Assembly: GCF_032191835.1 (NCBI RefSeq)
Contig: NC_083228.1
Coordinates: 83,824,001 to 83,888,000, forward strand
Source: Heteronotia binoei
Taxonomy: Eukaryota
Direction of reading: 5' to 3'
Length of the DNA stretch: 64,000 nt
Shown here: piece by piece, positions 13,025 through 24,100 of the stretch
Layout of the letters: each line of letters begins with the position of its first letter
Numbering within the stretch: the stretch's first letter is position 1
Program-made: the position numbers and the translations under genes
Notes under the pieces: generated by a model
What the model was told of the DNA's origin: nothing
Databases searched by the model: none
The model's input: the letters and a program-made list of their open reading frames with translations, nothing else

Positions 13025-16000
13025 GATAGCTTTTTAAAAATATACAGTCCCCTTTTAAATCCTGTTTGTTTATGTGGCTCTCCTTCTGGAGGGTCTACTT
13101 ACCTTATTGGGAATACAAGGAAAATAGGGATCTGGGTTCCTGATCCTTACACAGCCCCCAGGCTAAGAGCCACAGGCCAAGAGCCGTTTAGCTCTCACCC
13201 TTCAGCTCGCGCCAAAGGCTCGTGCCTCTGGCAAGGCACAGCTTAATAATGCAAAACAAAGTTGATTGAAAATACAGCAGCTCCTGTATCTAAAGCCCCA
13301 GTGAGATCACAAAAAAGTGTGCTTGCAAACTCTGTTTATTTTGGCTGCTTTGTTAGTGTGTGTTCACTTTCATTTACTGGAATTGCAGCTGCTGGGGGAC
13401 AAGGAAATTAAGACTATCCAGGGGAATTGCACTGCTGTATTTTTATTTGTTTTAGGGAATGGGAAAGTCTCCTGGTTCAACCCGCAAAGTCTCCTAGCTC
13501 CACCCCCTAAATCCCCAGGTATTTGCTGAGTTTGACTTGGCACCCTTAATCTAGTGGCACCCCAAGTTATGAGATTGCTCCTTCAGGAAGAGTGCCCCCC
13601 CACACACACACAAACACCAGGATAGGCTGTCTCTGTAAACCCAAGTAGTTTCTCCATTGAACAATAGCATTTCAGTCTTTGTCTATATTGTCTTTTATCA
13701 CTTATATTTTATTGCTGGGTTTTAAAAATATATTTTACTGTGATTTTTTGCATTTGTACTTTATTCCTATCAGTGGCTGTGAGTGTATTTATGGCAAAAA
13801 GATATCATATAAGTCACAAATGAACAAAACAGGTAAACAAAATATGTAAAACAAGAAAATTGTGATGTTTGTGTGCCAAGTTCCATATCATATGTATGGG
13901 CTACATAAATAAGAATTATTAATGCCTGTATCTTTTTTGGAAAATAAGATGTTTATCCAATTTGGACTCTCTTCAAAATAGCTCAAACATAAACACACAT
14001 GAGAAGGAACTTTGACATGATATAATTGTGATCTATACAGAAAAGACAGAACAGCAGAAGATAATAGTAGGTAAAAATTAGAGGCTGAGAAATAAAATAG
14101 GTAAGAGTTTAAAGCCTCTATGATACATGCCCTAAGGGTTAGTACCAGCCTGAGAAATCTATCAGTACATTTGTTCAGACAGTAGACTATGGTTGAACTA
14201 CTGCTCACTGTGCATGTGATGCAGTACCATTTATTTTGTAAGATTGCAACAATGAAAATGGTTACTGAGTCATCCCATGGATATTTACTGATTACTTGAT
14301 AAACAATGAGAGTCAGTCCCTTTATTGTAAAGGTGCTTTCTTCTATATAATGGGTTTATTTCTGTCCGCTTCTATGAAATATACTATGTATACTGACATT
14401 TAAAATGTCAAGCTCAGAACATTGTTAAATCTAATTTCCATGGTTTGTGATTATGAGATTTCAGTTTCTTCTACTCTATATATAGAGGGTGCTGATTAAA
14501 AATCTGGCTTTGTGACTGAGAATAAGCACTGTTCAAGCCACATATGCCATACTAATAATTATCTTTTTGTTTGTTTTATTTTTATTTAATATGTAATGTC
14601 ATTTAAAACATATGCTTCATCATCAGAGTCACTAGTAAGAAACAGATTTATTCCATTCCATAATTAGTAGTGAAGGTACTGTCAAATGCCCTTGAGTTCT
14701 ACTGAGCATGCTCACTCTCTTCAATTCTTTAGCTGTCGCCTCTCTCTCCCTCCCTCTCCTCTTCAGTGCCTCTATGTGCTGACAGAAGAGAGGGTAACAG
14801 AAACAGAATCTACATTATTTCTCCTGTAAACATTCTGAATTGATGACGTTTGGTTCTCTGTTCCTGACTGCCCAGTACATTTGGATTCACAGGTAGCTAT
14901 CGTCAATTTCTTCCTATTTTCTTCAAAGCTAAAAGATAGAAATGGACAAACTGCTAGATGTTGGAGCACAGACTTCCTTCCTTTAACATCTCTTAGCCTT
15001 GGGATATTTGTGTGGCATCATTTACTCAGAACCTTCTAAACAAAGGTAAATAGACATATTTCCTCCCTTTTGCTTTGGCTGTTTATTGCTTTCTCTTGCA
15101 GGGTAAAAGAACATTTCAGTTGTCATTGAATGTCTATTTAAGCTGCACCATTCATGTCCATTAATGTGCATTCTGCAGATGTGCAATAATGGGTTATATG
15201 GGGTGGGGAATTGCGAGCCCTCCACCCCTAATTAGACAAAATCATAGTGACCCCACCTCAGGAATTGTAACATCATATATTTTTGAAGGAGCACTCCTAT
15301 CTCTATTTTGCCAAGTATCCTTGGTCTTTCAGCTCTTCATTTGGCATATATTAGTTCTGATACTGACAGAGTTGTGGTCAGCATTCTTACATGCTTACTT
15401 CAATCCCACTGGCTTGACTTCTCTCTATATCTTAATTTTTAAGGCAATGTATCTTATACAGTTTTAAGACAATGTATCTTATACAATTAAAAGGCAGTGA
15501 AAGGGGTAGGGAATGAGTTGGAAAACAAGTTAATCGTTATTTGCATCATAAGAAAACTGTGTTCAAACTAAGATTTTTTTTTTAATTTCCAGCATTGGTA
15601 CAATATTCCCAAATAATAACATAATTTGTTCTTGTTACTCTTGTAAGTTGTGGCCAGCCTTATGTATGCACTGCTATGCCAGCAAATAGGATTGACTTCT
15701 GAACCAGTACAATTTCACACCTATGGCACTAAACTGGAAAGACCAGACTGGTTTAGAACATCATAATAGCCCAGCAGCACAGGTCAGCACTGCAACACCT
15801 GTAAAAACAACCACACATAAATCTGTTGTATGGCACAGAAGTAGGAGAGGGGGTTTGGAGTAACTCAGTTATATGGCTTCCTAAAGACTTAGCCTTTACA
15901 CAGCCAGCTATAAAAACAGAATGACATAGTGACATGCACCTAGTATAGTAAGAAGGAAATTTGACTGAATGAAATCAGTGTCAATGGAAGAGAAGCTTGT

Positions 16001-16522
16001 GGGATAACTACATATTGACAGAATATAATTGTAATTACACAATTACATTGATGCCCATTGCAGCTTTGTTGAGAGTCTTTCAATTACCTATATACTTTGC
16101 AACATGCAAACATGTAAGTTATTTCAATTCTAGTTAAAATTGTAATCTGTTAATATTTTATTGAAGGCAAATGTTCAGAATAAGCCATTTGCTTGAGTAT
16201 AATTTAAAATACAGGGGGAATTGTGGGGGGTGTTGCAGGAGAGGTAAATGTCAAGCCTAATTTTAAATACGTCTAACAAGAAATATGCATTGATGACTAT
16301 GATGCAGTGTAGTGGTTTGCTGCCATAACAGATTTACTATATTTGGCATTAATATTTGAGCTATGGGTTCTTTTTGCTTGCCCAGGGCAATGAGACAACG
16401 TACAGAACTGATTTCAGGATTGCACTATAAGTGGTCTAAATATTGCAACCCAACCACTTTTTTATTGCTAAATTACTTATATATACATATTTCTTTACTA
16501 CCAGTCCTAGTGATCTGAGGAA

Positions 16523-17761
16523 ATGGATACTTCACCTTCCAAACAATATCCAGTGAAAAAACGAGTGAAAATACATCCTAATACAGTGACAGTGAAATAC
16601 ACTTCCCATTATCCACAACCTGGAGAAGAAGATTATGAAGGAACTAGTGAAGACAATGATAGTTTTGTAGAAGATAATCCAAAGAGGAGGCTGCTGAGTG
16701 ATGGGCGATCGAAAGGAAGGTCCTTCTTTGGAACAATAGACATTCCTTCTCAGGCCACACAAAAGCCAGAAGCCACCAAGAGTGAGCCAGGCCAAGGTTT
16801 CATAGAAGGAAGCATTTTTCAGTCCAGAAAGACTTGGGCAGTGCTTTTTGGATCTGCTTTGGCCCATGGTTGTGTAGCTCTGATAACTAGACTGGCTTCT
16901 GACCGTTCCAAAGTGCCATCTCTAGAACTGATCTTCATTCGGTCTGTCTTACAAGTGTTTTCTGTATTAGTTGTGTGCTATTACCAAGAGGACCCTTTTG
17001 GACCAAAAGGCCACAGATTGCGACTGTTCTTCTATGGAGTGTGCAATGTTATTTCTATTACCTGTGCTTACACGTCCTTCTCAATAGTGCCCCCAAGCAA
17101 TGGGACTACTATGTGGAGAGCTACCACCACAGTCTTCAGTGCCATTCTGGCCTTTTTACTAGTAGATGAGCGAATGGCTTGTGTCGATGTAATTACTGTG
17201 CTGAGTAGTGTTTTTGGTGTTTGTCTGGTCATGATCCCCAACATTGTCGATGAAGAAAGTTCTCTTCTGAATATCTGGAAGGAGGCTTTTGGTTACACGA
17301 TGACAGTGATGGCAGGCTTAACAACAGCTCTCTCCATGATAGTATACAGGTCAATCAAGGATAATGTCAGCATGTGGACAGCGCTGTTTACATTCGGTTG
17401 GACTGGAACACTGTGGGGAGCTTCTACCATGTTTTTTCTACAGGAGCCAATTATTCCACTGAATGGAGAAAGCTGGAGCTATCTCATGGGCATTTGTCTA
17501 TGTTCCACAGTGGCTTTTCTGGGTGTCTATTATGCCTTGAGTAAATTTCATCCAGCCTTGGTCAGCACAGTACAGCATCTTGAGATCGTGATAGCCATGG
17601 TCCTTCAACTTCTTGTGTTACGCATCTTCCCCAGTATCTATGATATGATTGGAGGAGCTATTATAATAATCAGTGTATTTTTTCTTGCATGTTATAAACT
17701 GTCTTGGAAGAAATTAAAAAGGCAAGATTATCAAGAGATACTGAATTCCTCCATTAAGTGA
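16523..17761 (+). CDS. SLC35G2: Solute carrier family 35 member G2 (TMEM22), EamA/DMT-fold multi-pass membrane protein; single coding exon
   Basis: 412-aa ORF from [21 protein letters not shown] to [12 protein letters not shown], closely matching recalled human SLC35G2; about 10 hydrophobic segments; AG acceptors just upstream at 16503-16510. Confidence 0.97.
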   Translation: MDTSPSKQYPVKKRVKIHPNTVTVKYTSHYPQPGEEDYEGTSEDNDSFVEDNPKRRLLSDGRSKGRSFFGTIDIPSQATQKPEATKSEPGQGFIEGSIFQSRKTWAVLFGSALAHGCVALITRLASDRSKVPSLELIFIRSVLQVFSVLVVCYYQEDPFGPKGHRLRLFFYGVCNVISITCAYTSFSIVPPSNGTTMWRATTTVFSAILAFLLVDERMACVDVITVLSSVFGVCLVMIPNIVDEESSLLNIWKEAFGYTMTVMAGLTTALSMIVYRSIKDNVSMWTALFTFGWTGTLWGASTMFFLQEPIIPLNGESWSYLMGICLCSTVAFLGVYYALSKFHPALVSTVQHLEIVIAMVLQLLVLRIFPSIYDMIGGAIIIISVFFLACYKLSWKKLKRQDYQEILNSSIK

Positions 17762-19059
17762 ATAGCACGTTGTTTTCTGATCACAGCAGTGTACAATTAT
17801 TATGCATTTATGTATGTATTTTTGTATAGTGTTATTGACAGCATACTACCTTTTTGTGTTTAGAAACAAGAGGCACATCTGCCAAAGTATAGCTAATGGA
17901 GACTCTCCAGAAATGTCTGTCATATACATGGAAAATGTTATTTTTAAATGTGCAAGCTTTGAAAATTAGATTTTATTCTTTGATAGTATATGGAAATGAC
18001 AATGTTTAATATAGATGGCTGTGTTCCAGGAGAAATCTTAAGTAGATTCTAATTGGAATAGTTTGAGGTTTAATATATCCTAGACCGGACAACTGCCTCT
18101 GTGTAAAGTAGCCTTTTGCAGGGTTCAAGACAAGGGCCATGGAAGGAAATAACAGTCAAACTGAGGCCATTATAGTACAATCCTAAACAGAGTTATACCT
18201 TTCTAGTTGTGACTCTGCTTAGGATTGTGCTGTTCATTTTTCACAACAAAGATCTAGGCCTAATACAGAAGTTTTTGTAAAGTGCCATGTTTGGCATTTT
18301 AAATGCATCAGGTTTTATGGCTCCTGGAGATGTCAATTGGTTTGCTTGCCTTGCTGTTCTGAACTCTGAAGTCTGATAACCTAACAACCTCAAACCAAAG
18401 GCCCAGTTTTAAGACTTGATGTGGGGATAAAACTAGACAGTACAAGAAGATATATTTCAGAAAGTAATTCATCAGCAAGTATGGCCACTAAAGGGGGGGT
18501 ATTATTGATCATGATAATCATATATACTACTTATTTGTAGTATGTAGTATTTTATATATTAGAATTTTAATATGTATGTGTTTATAATAAGTATAATTCA
18601 TCTCTGATTCGGGTGTATGGTTTTTTATTTGTTCTTTGGATCAAACTGTGAAATTAGATGTTATACACCTGGCATCAGACCAGGTGCACAAAGCAGACTG
18701 AAGCACAGAAGGCATTGTAGATGCTTCCACAGAATTTTTAAAATTTTAAATCTTTACTCTTGCTGCAACTCTTATTAATGCCTGTGAACTATGTTAACAA
18801 TCCACCTGTCCAAGCAGCCAGTTATTTGATGAGAGTCCATGTCTACTTGGATTACTTCTCTCAGCTGTTTTTCTAAATGGCTCGCGGCCAGGGCTAGTGT
18901 TGTAAACTACAATTTGGCATTCATAAGCCAACATTACAAGCCAGGAGATAACATTTTAAAAAATGAGCAGTCTTACTTTACCTAAGGAAGTGTTTAATTA
19001 CTGAGACAGTGCTGAATTGAACTGAGGGGAATTTGATAAATGCTACCTTACACTGCAAC

Positions 19060-19253
19060 CAGTGCTCCCTCTAAGCTGAGTTAATGTGAACCAGCTCACA
19101 GTTTTTTAGCCTCCAACTCACACATTTTTGTCTTAGCTGAGGAAGGATGACCCCAGAGCACACTAATTTATGCAGTAGCTCACAACTTTCATGCCAGTAG
19201 CTCACAAAGTAGAATTTTTGCTCACAGGACTCTGCAGCTTAGAGGGAATATTG
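19060..19253. mobile_element. hAT MITE (CAGTGTTCCCTCTAAGCT TIR family)
   Basis: TIRs cagtgctccctctaagctg / cagcttagagggaatattg; homologous to 29911-30104 and 30496-30689; TSD not clean. Confidence 0.8.
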
Positions 19254-19510
19254 GCTCAGGCTGCAACTGCAATAGTTTTATTTCTTTAATATTTATATTC
19301 CCCTTTGTTCTCCAATGAAGACCCAAAGCAGCTTACAGTATTATTCTTCATTTTATCTGCACAAAATTCCTGTTGGGTGGGTTTGGCTGACAGAGAGTGA
19401 TTTGGCCCAGAACCACACAGGCAAGCTTCCATGACAGAGTGAGGATCTGAACCTGAGTCTCTCAGATCCCATTCCAACACTCTAACCACTACAACCCCAC
19501 TGGCACTAGC

Positions 19511-19678
19511 CAGGCTTTTTTTCTTGGAAAAAAAGGTGCCAGAACTCTCAAGAGGAAAGTGAAGGAGAAACATATGGGTGCCCCTTGTGAACTTTTAAAC
19601 ATTTTTTTTATAATGTTATTCCCACAAAGAGGTGCCAGAACTCCTTCCTGCCATGTGCCCCCAGAAAAAAAAGCCCTG
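19511..19678. mobile_element. hAT-like MITE (CAGGGCTTTTTT TIR family, different internal sequence)
   Basis: TIRs caggcttttttt / aaaaaaagccctg; TSD gcactagc / gcaccagc. Confidence 0.75.
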
Positions 19679-20395
19679 GCACCAGCACAATAGTAGGTCT
19701 AGTATATACCAGTGCCTTGCACTACCAAGTTTTCAATGTGCTTCACAATCATAGCCAGCTTCACCTACCATACTGTAACGTGTGGGGTGTGTGTTTTTTC
19801 AAGCTTCTGGAAAAAGAACCAGCCATGCTCAGCAGACAGATAGGAGTGGAAATTCATGCATTTTCCAAATCAAAACATAACCCTTCTCAGGTAGTGATAA
19901 CAACTGTGCTGTTACGTATCTTGTAAAAATTGATTTTTTTCAGATCTTCAGCAAACACAAAGCAAAATTGTTAGTCACTATGTATTATTATAAAATCAGT
20001 CAGTGAAGAATATTATATTTTTGTATTTCACAAAGACACAGTTCTTTAGGTGCTCCCACAGCTGATTTTGTTTTTAACTGAAAACTTACCTGCATGTACC
20101 CGGAAAGTTTAAAATATGATACATATATACTATATATGTGTACTATATGTGTACTATAGTCTATAGATATAATTGTACAGATTGTATTCATTTATTTAGT
20201 TACTTCATTTATAGTCCACTTTTCTCCCCAGTGGGGATCCAAAGCAGCTTACATTGTTTTCCTCTCTTCCATTTTATCCCAACTACCCTGGGAGGTATGT
20301 TAGATTGCAAGTAAGTCAGTAGCCCAGTCACCCAGTAAGTGGGGATTTGAACCTAGGTCTCTTTTTCTCACCCAGTGGGGATCCAAAGTTGCTTA

Positions 20396-20670
20396 CAGTG
20401 CCAGTTTGGTGTAGTGGTTAAGTGTACAGACTCTTATCTGGGAGAACCGGGTTTGATTCCCCACTCCTCCACTTGCACCTGCTGGAATGGCCTTGGGTCA
20501 GCCATAGCTCTGGCAGAGGTTGGCCTTGAAAGGGCAGCTGCTGTGAGACCCTCTCAGCCCCGCCCACCTCACAGGGTGTCTGTTGTGGGGGAGGAAGATA
20601 AATGAGATTGTGAGCCGCTCTGAGATTCGGAGTGCAGAGCGGGATATAAATCCAATATCTTCTTCTTCTC
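20396..20670 (+). mobile_element. tRNA-derived SINE with (TTC)n tail
   Basis: Head ccagtttggtgtagtggttaag with B-box-like gggtttgattcc; near-identical copies at 30718-31004 (+) and 4719-5002, 49270-49537 (-); diverged copy at 24600-24818 (-). Confidence 0.85.
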
Positions 20671-20711
20671 TCCTCCATTTAATCCTCATGATAACCCTGT
20701 GGGTTACATTA

Positions 20712-20987
20712 GGCAGCAAGTAAGCTACAGTACTACAGTCCAAGCTCTGTTAATGACCTGAGTTTGATCCCAGTGGAAGCTGGGTTCAGGTAGCTGGCTC
20801 AAGGTTGACTCAGCCTTCCATCCTTCCGAGATTAGTAAAATGAGAACCCAGCTTGCTGGGGGTAAAGTGTAGATGACTGGGGAAAGCAATGGCAAACTAT
20901 CCCGTAAAAAATCTGCTATGAAAACATAATGAAATGTCAACCCAGAGTCGGAAATGACTAGTGCTTGCACAGGGGACTGCCTTTACC
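20712..20987 (+). mobile_element. Sauria-type SINE
   Basis: Same core and gcacaggggac...ctttaccctt tail as 54615-54919. Confidence 0.8.
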
Positions 20988-21951
20988 CTTTTTTTTTGTC
21001 ACTAGCCTGAAGTCACCCAGTAAGCTTCCATGGCAGAGCAGAGATTTGAACCTGGGTCTCCCAGATGCTAGTTCGACACTCAAACCATTACACTAAACAA
21101 TCTTGATTTGTAAGCATACGACCAAATATTTTAACATATATATTTTACATTGTCTATGCAGGCCCTGGGAGCAAGGAAAGAATATTTGTGTACCAGACAT
21201 TTTAGACTGTATTATCAGATTATCTTAAAACAAAAAAGTGCATATTGGTTGCTAGCAGAGACATTTCTATCTGCTTTTCAGTACTTCATACTTTATTGTT
21301 AGGCAAGCCACACTTTTCCAGACCCCATCTGCAATAAGGGAATAAATATTCACCTACCTTACAGGGCACAAATGGAAGGCAGCACAATATACCATGATCT
21401 CATTTATTTATTTTATGATTTATATTTATTTATAAATATAAATTCATCAGATATTGGTAGCTAGCCAGGGGTGGTACTTGGATGGGAATCTGACTAGAAA
21501 GACTGCAAAGGAAGGCAACAGCAAACCACTTCTGCTTCTCACTTCCCTTGAAAGCCCGTTGCTGAGGTAACCATAAGTCAGTTGTGACTTGATGGCACTT
21601 ATGTATGTACCTTACAAGGCTGCTTTGAAACAAAATAATATATATGCTTTGAAAACTTAAAAGTGCTATATAAATGCTAAATGTTTTTACTATGGAAACC
21701 ACATAGATGATTTTAGAAGAACAAGAGACTGGATTTTTATTTTGCCCTTCACTACCTGAAGGAGTCTCAGAGCAGTTTACAATCTCCTTTCCCTTCCACT
21801 CCCCACAACAGACATCCTGTGAGGTAGGTGGAGTTGAAAGCTCTGAGAGAAACCAGATAAGAGTCCGCAGGCACTTTACCACACATCAAACTGGCTCTTG
21901 TGTGATGAACAAAGAAGGAGAACTAAATTTTATGTGATGAACAAAGGAGGG

Positions 21952-22244
21952 TATAATATAGTGGGTTCTATGCAAGGATGAGGCGAGGTGGTAGTACAAC
22001 ATCAGCTCTTTATTCAGCATAATCAAGGCTAAGCATAAGACTGCCAAACTGGGCCAACGGGGCCAACTATATACACACTCATGTTCCCATGCAAGCGTTT
22101 GATTGGTCCAGTCAAACCAGTAGGGGGGCTGTGATTGGAGCAGGGCAGCAGGGTTTAGGATCCTGCTGCCCATTGTTCTCAAGTCCCCAATGAGCCACGC
22201 AGGAACACCCAACTAATTTCTCCCTTGAGTCAACATACATTACA
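21952..22244 (-). mobile_element. 3-prime LTR of a Gypsy retrotransposon (about 293 bp)
   Basis: Minus strand starts TGTAAT and ends ATTATA (one change from the ATTACA inverted end), contains AATAAA, and is immediately preceded by the polypurine tract aggaggggaggga (22245-22257). Confidence 0.8.
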
Positions 22245-22900
22245 TCCCTCCCCTCCTAGTTCACAAGCCCTGACATACATAGTCCTTTAGGTAAGCAGGC
22301 TTGCAGTGCTCCCTTGTTGATTGCCTGGGTGCCAGAGAAGAAGGCGGTGCGGCAGCTGCTTCAGGCGCGGTGGATGGAGAGACCGAGAATGCAGGAGCTT
22401 CTGTCAGCGGTTCCGGGCTCCTGGATGCTTCCAGCTCTGGCAGAAGGTCGGGGGGTCAGGATCAATGCAGCTGCCGGGTCGGGGGCTGTCAGAGCTGAAA
22501 CCACCGGTGGGTCCTGCGGCCAGCTGTCTTCCTTGACTTCATCCCCAGGCACCTCCTGTGACATCAATTGGTCTATGTGTAGACCAACTGAACCCTCCCT
22601 TGGTTGTGATCTCATACATCTGATGACCCCAGCATCCTGGAGACTGGCCAGAAGCCATGCTGGGCCACCCCCAAAGTTCTTGGCGCACACTAAGTCCCCC
22701 GTGTCATAACCACTTGTCTGGCATCTCTTGCAGGTCTGGGGCCCGATCGGGGTGCATGCGGTCTAAGAGCATCGACAGCTGCTGGCCCATTAGGAGCTCG
22801 GCCGGGCAGCAGCCGGTGGCAGTGCAGGGAATGGTGTGCTGGGTTAGCAGGAACTCCCAGTCCCCCTGGATGATGCGGCGGAGTGACTCTTTTGTGGAGG
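22245..22900 (-). mobile_element. Gypsy (Mag-like) integrase C-terminal remnant, 5-prime truncated
   Basis: Minus strand reads KESLRRIIQGDWEFLLTQHTIPCTATGCCPAELLMGQQLSMLLDRMHPD, then LVCAKNFGGGPAWL and HIDQL, the typical Gypsy integrase tail. Confidence 0.8.
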
Positions 22901-22914
22901 GTGAAAAGGGAATA

Positions 22915-23015
22915 ATTTACCTTTTAACATGTAACATGCATATAGTTTGGCATTAGGAGAAAATATTTTTCTCCTAGTGGCAAACTATATGTATGTTACA
23001 TGTTAAAAGGTAAAT
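22915..23015. repeat. Near-perfect palindrome (49-bp arms, 3-nt loop), TA-flanked; probable Tc1/mariner-type MITE
   Basis: Arms 22915-22963 and 22967-23015 are reverse complements with 3 non-Watson-Crick pairs; TA on both sides. Confidence 0.8.
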
Positions 23016-23149
23016 TAGTTGGATGGGAAAACTTCTGAGATAGAAATCCCTTCCTTTTGGCCCATGAACAGACATTCTCACATTTTGACATATTACTGTT
23101 TTATTGCTTCCACATGCTCATGCTACTCAGATCAAATGTTTGCTCAATT

Positions 23150-23390
23150 TGTTAATTTTACTATCCTGTCATTGGATCTTAAATTTGTACCATTTTGCAT
23201 TCTGAGCCACTGCCTACTAGCTATGTGTGGCTCTGCTCACTGTACCGGATTCTTCGTCTGATGAAGTGTGCTTAGAGAGCACACAAAAGCTTACGTTCTG
23301 AATAAAACTAAGTTGGTCTTAAAGGTGCACCTTGACTCCTATTTTGTTCTACTACTTCAGACCAACACGACTGCCCACTTGGATCTATTC
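23150..23390 (+). mobile_element. Penelope-like element terminal repeat fragment
   Basis: ctgatgaagtgtgcttagagagcacac...aaagcttacgttctgaataaaac...gtcttaaaggtgc, the pLTR motif order of reptile Penelope-like elements. Confidence 0.7.
23255..23295 (+). ncRNA. Minimal type I hammerhead ribozyme motif, G12 mutated to A
   Basis: CGT-CTGATGA-A-GTGTGCT(TAGAG)AGCACAC-AAAA-GC-TT-ACG: stem I CGT/ACG, perfect 7-bp stem II, palindromic AGCT stem/loop III. Confidence 0.65.
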
Positions 23391-23519
23391 TGAAGAAAGG
23401 TGATAAATGTGCTGAAAGCACCTTTCCCCACTATATCTCATGTTTTGCACCGGGATGTGTAAGATTTGACACATATAAACGTAAACATAACAGTATTTTT
23501 CAAGCTTCCATTCCCTAAG

Positions 23520-24100
23520 AAGCTGTCGAGCCGATTCATTCTTCCTCTTTACAGTTCCTCGCCACAGTGATATACACTTCCTGTCCCGCTGCTAGACGAT
23601 TCTAGAGGGAGCAGAGTGGCCACTGGCTGAACAGCGAGGCCCGGAAAATCTTGCTCAGGGAGGTTAATTCCAAGAGTAGCCGCGTCTGTTCGTTGTCTTA
23701 TCGCAGCAGAAAAGAGACAGGAGCCGCGTGACACTTTAACGTGTCTTCATGGGCTCCAGTCCGCGAAAATTTATACAGGGAAACAGTTTTGTTTGTTAGT
23801 CCCTAAAGTGCCCCCCCCCCGGCAAATAAGCAGAATAAGGAAAGGAGCAGAGCTGTCGCCTATTAGCCGTCATGCTGCCATGGGAACCAGAGACGCCACA
23901 GCGGTGCTGCGTGGGAGCCATTGCTGGTTTCTGGAACACGGAGCTTGTGACCCTCCGCGGGGCAAGATAGTTTTCTCTGGGGCAGAGAAGGGTCGCCTCC
24001 AGTATTTTGTCCACAGCCCCCTGAGGCCGAGTACCTCCCCCTTGTTACTGGGTAAGCAGTGGCAGCGCACTGAGTAGCCAGCAGGTCTCCAAACATTTTA
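23520..24100 (+). promoter_or_regulatory. CpG island, probable promoter and non-coding first exon of the NME9-like gene, with RFX X-box-like motifs
   Basis: CpG-rich; GCTGCCATGGGAAC (23874-23887) and GTTACTGGGTAAG (24044-24056); g|gtaagc donor near 24052. Confidence 0.6.

Larger units (their letters stand above)
9400..13250 (-). mobile_element. Near-full-length decayed CR1 LINE in the SLC35G2 intron
   Basis: ORF1 with Cx2C...Cx2C finger, coiled coil and esterase-like segment (VTCLPGAKVADIT, VVVHVGTD); ORF2 fragments for APE endonuclease (LWVEI, IGDFNYPQIDW, GSSDHNVI) and RT (GVPQGSVLGP, KFADD); (ttcttatg)-type tail near 9405-9420; several frameshifts. Confidence 0.95.

Noticed and set aside
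20396-20470. tRNA-like A/B box sequences here and in other SINE heads
   Set aside because: They continue into SINE bodies and do not form a full cloverleaf; not tRNA genes
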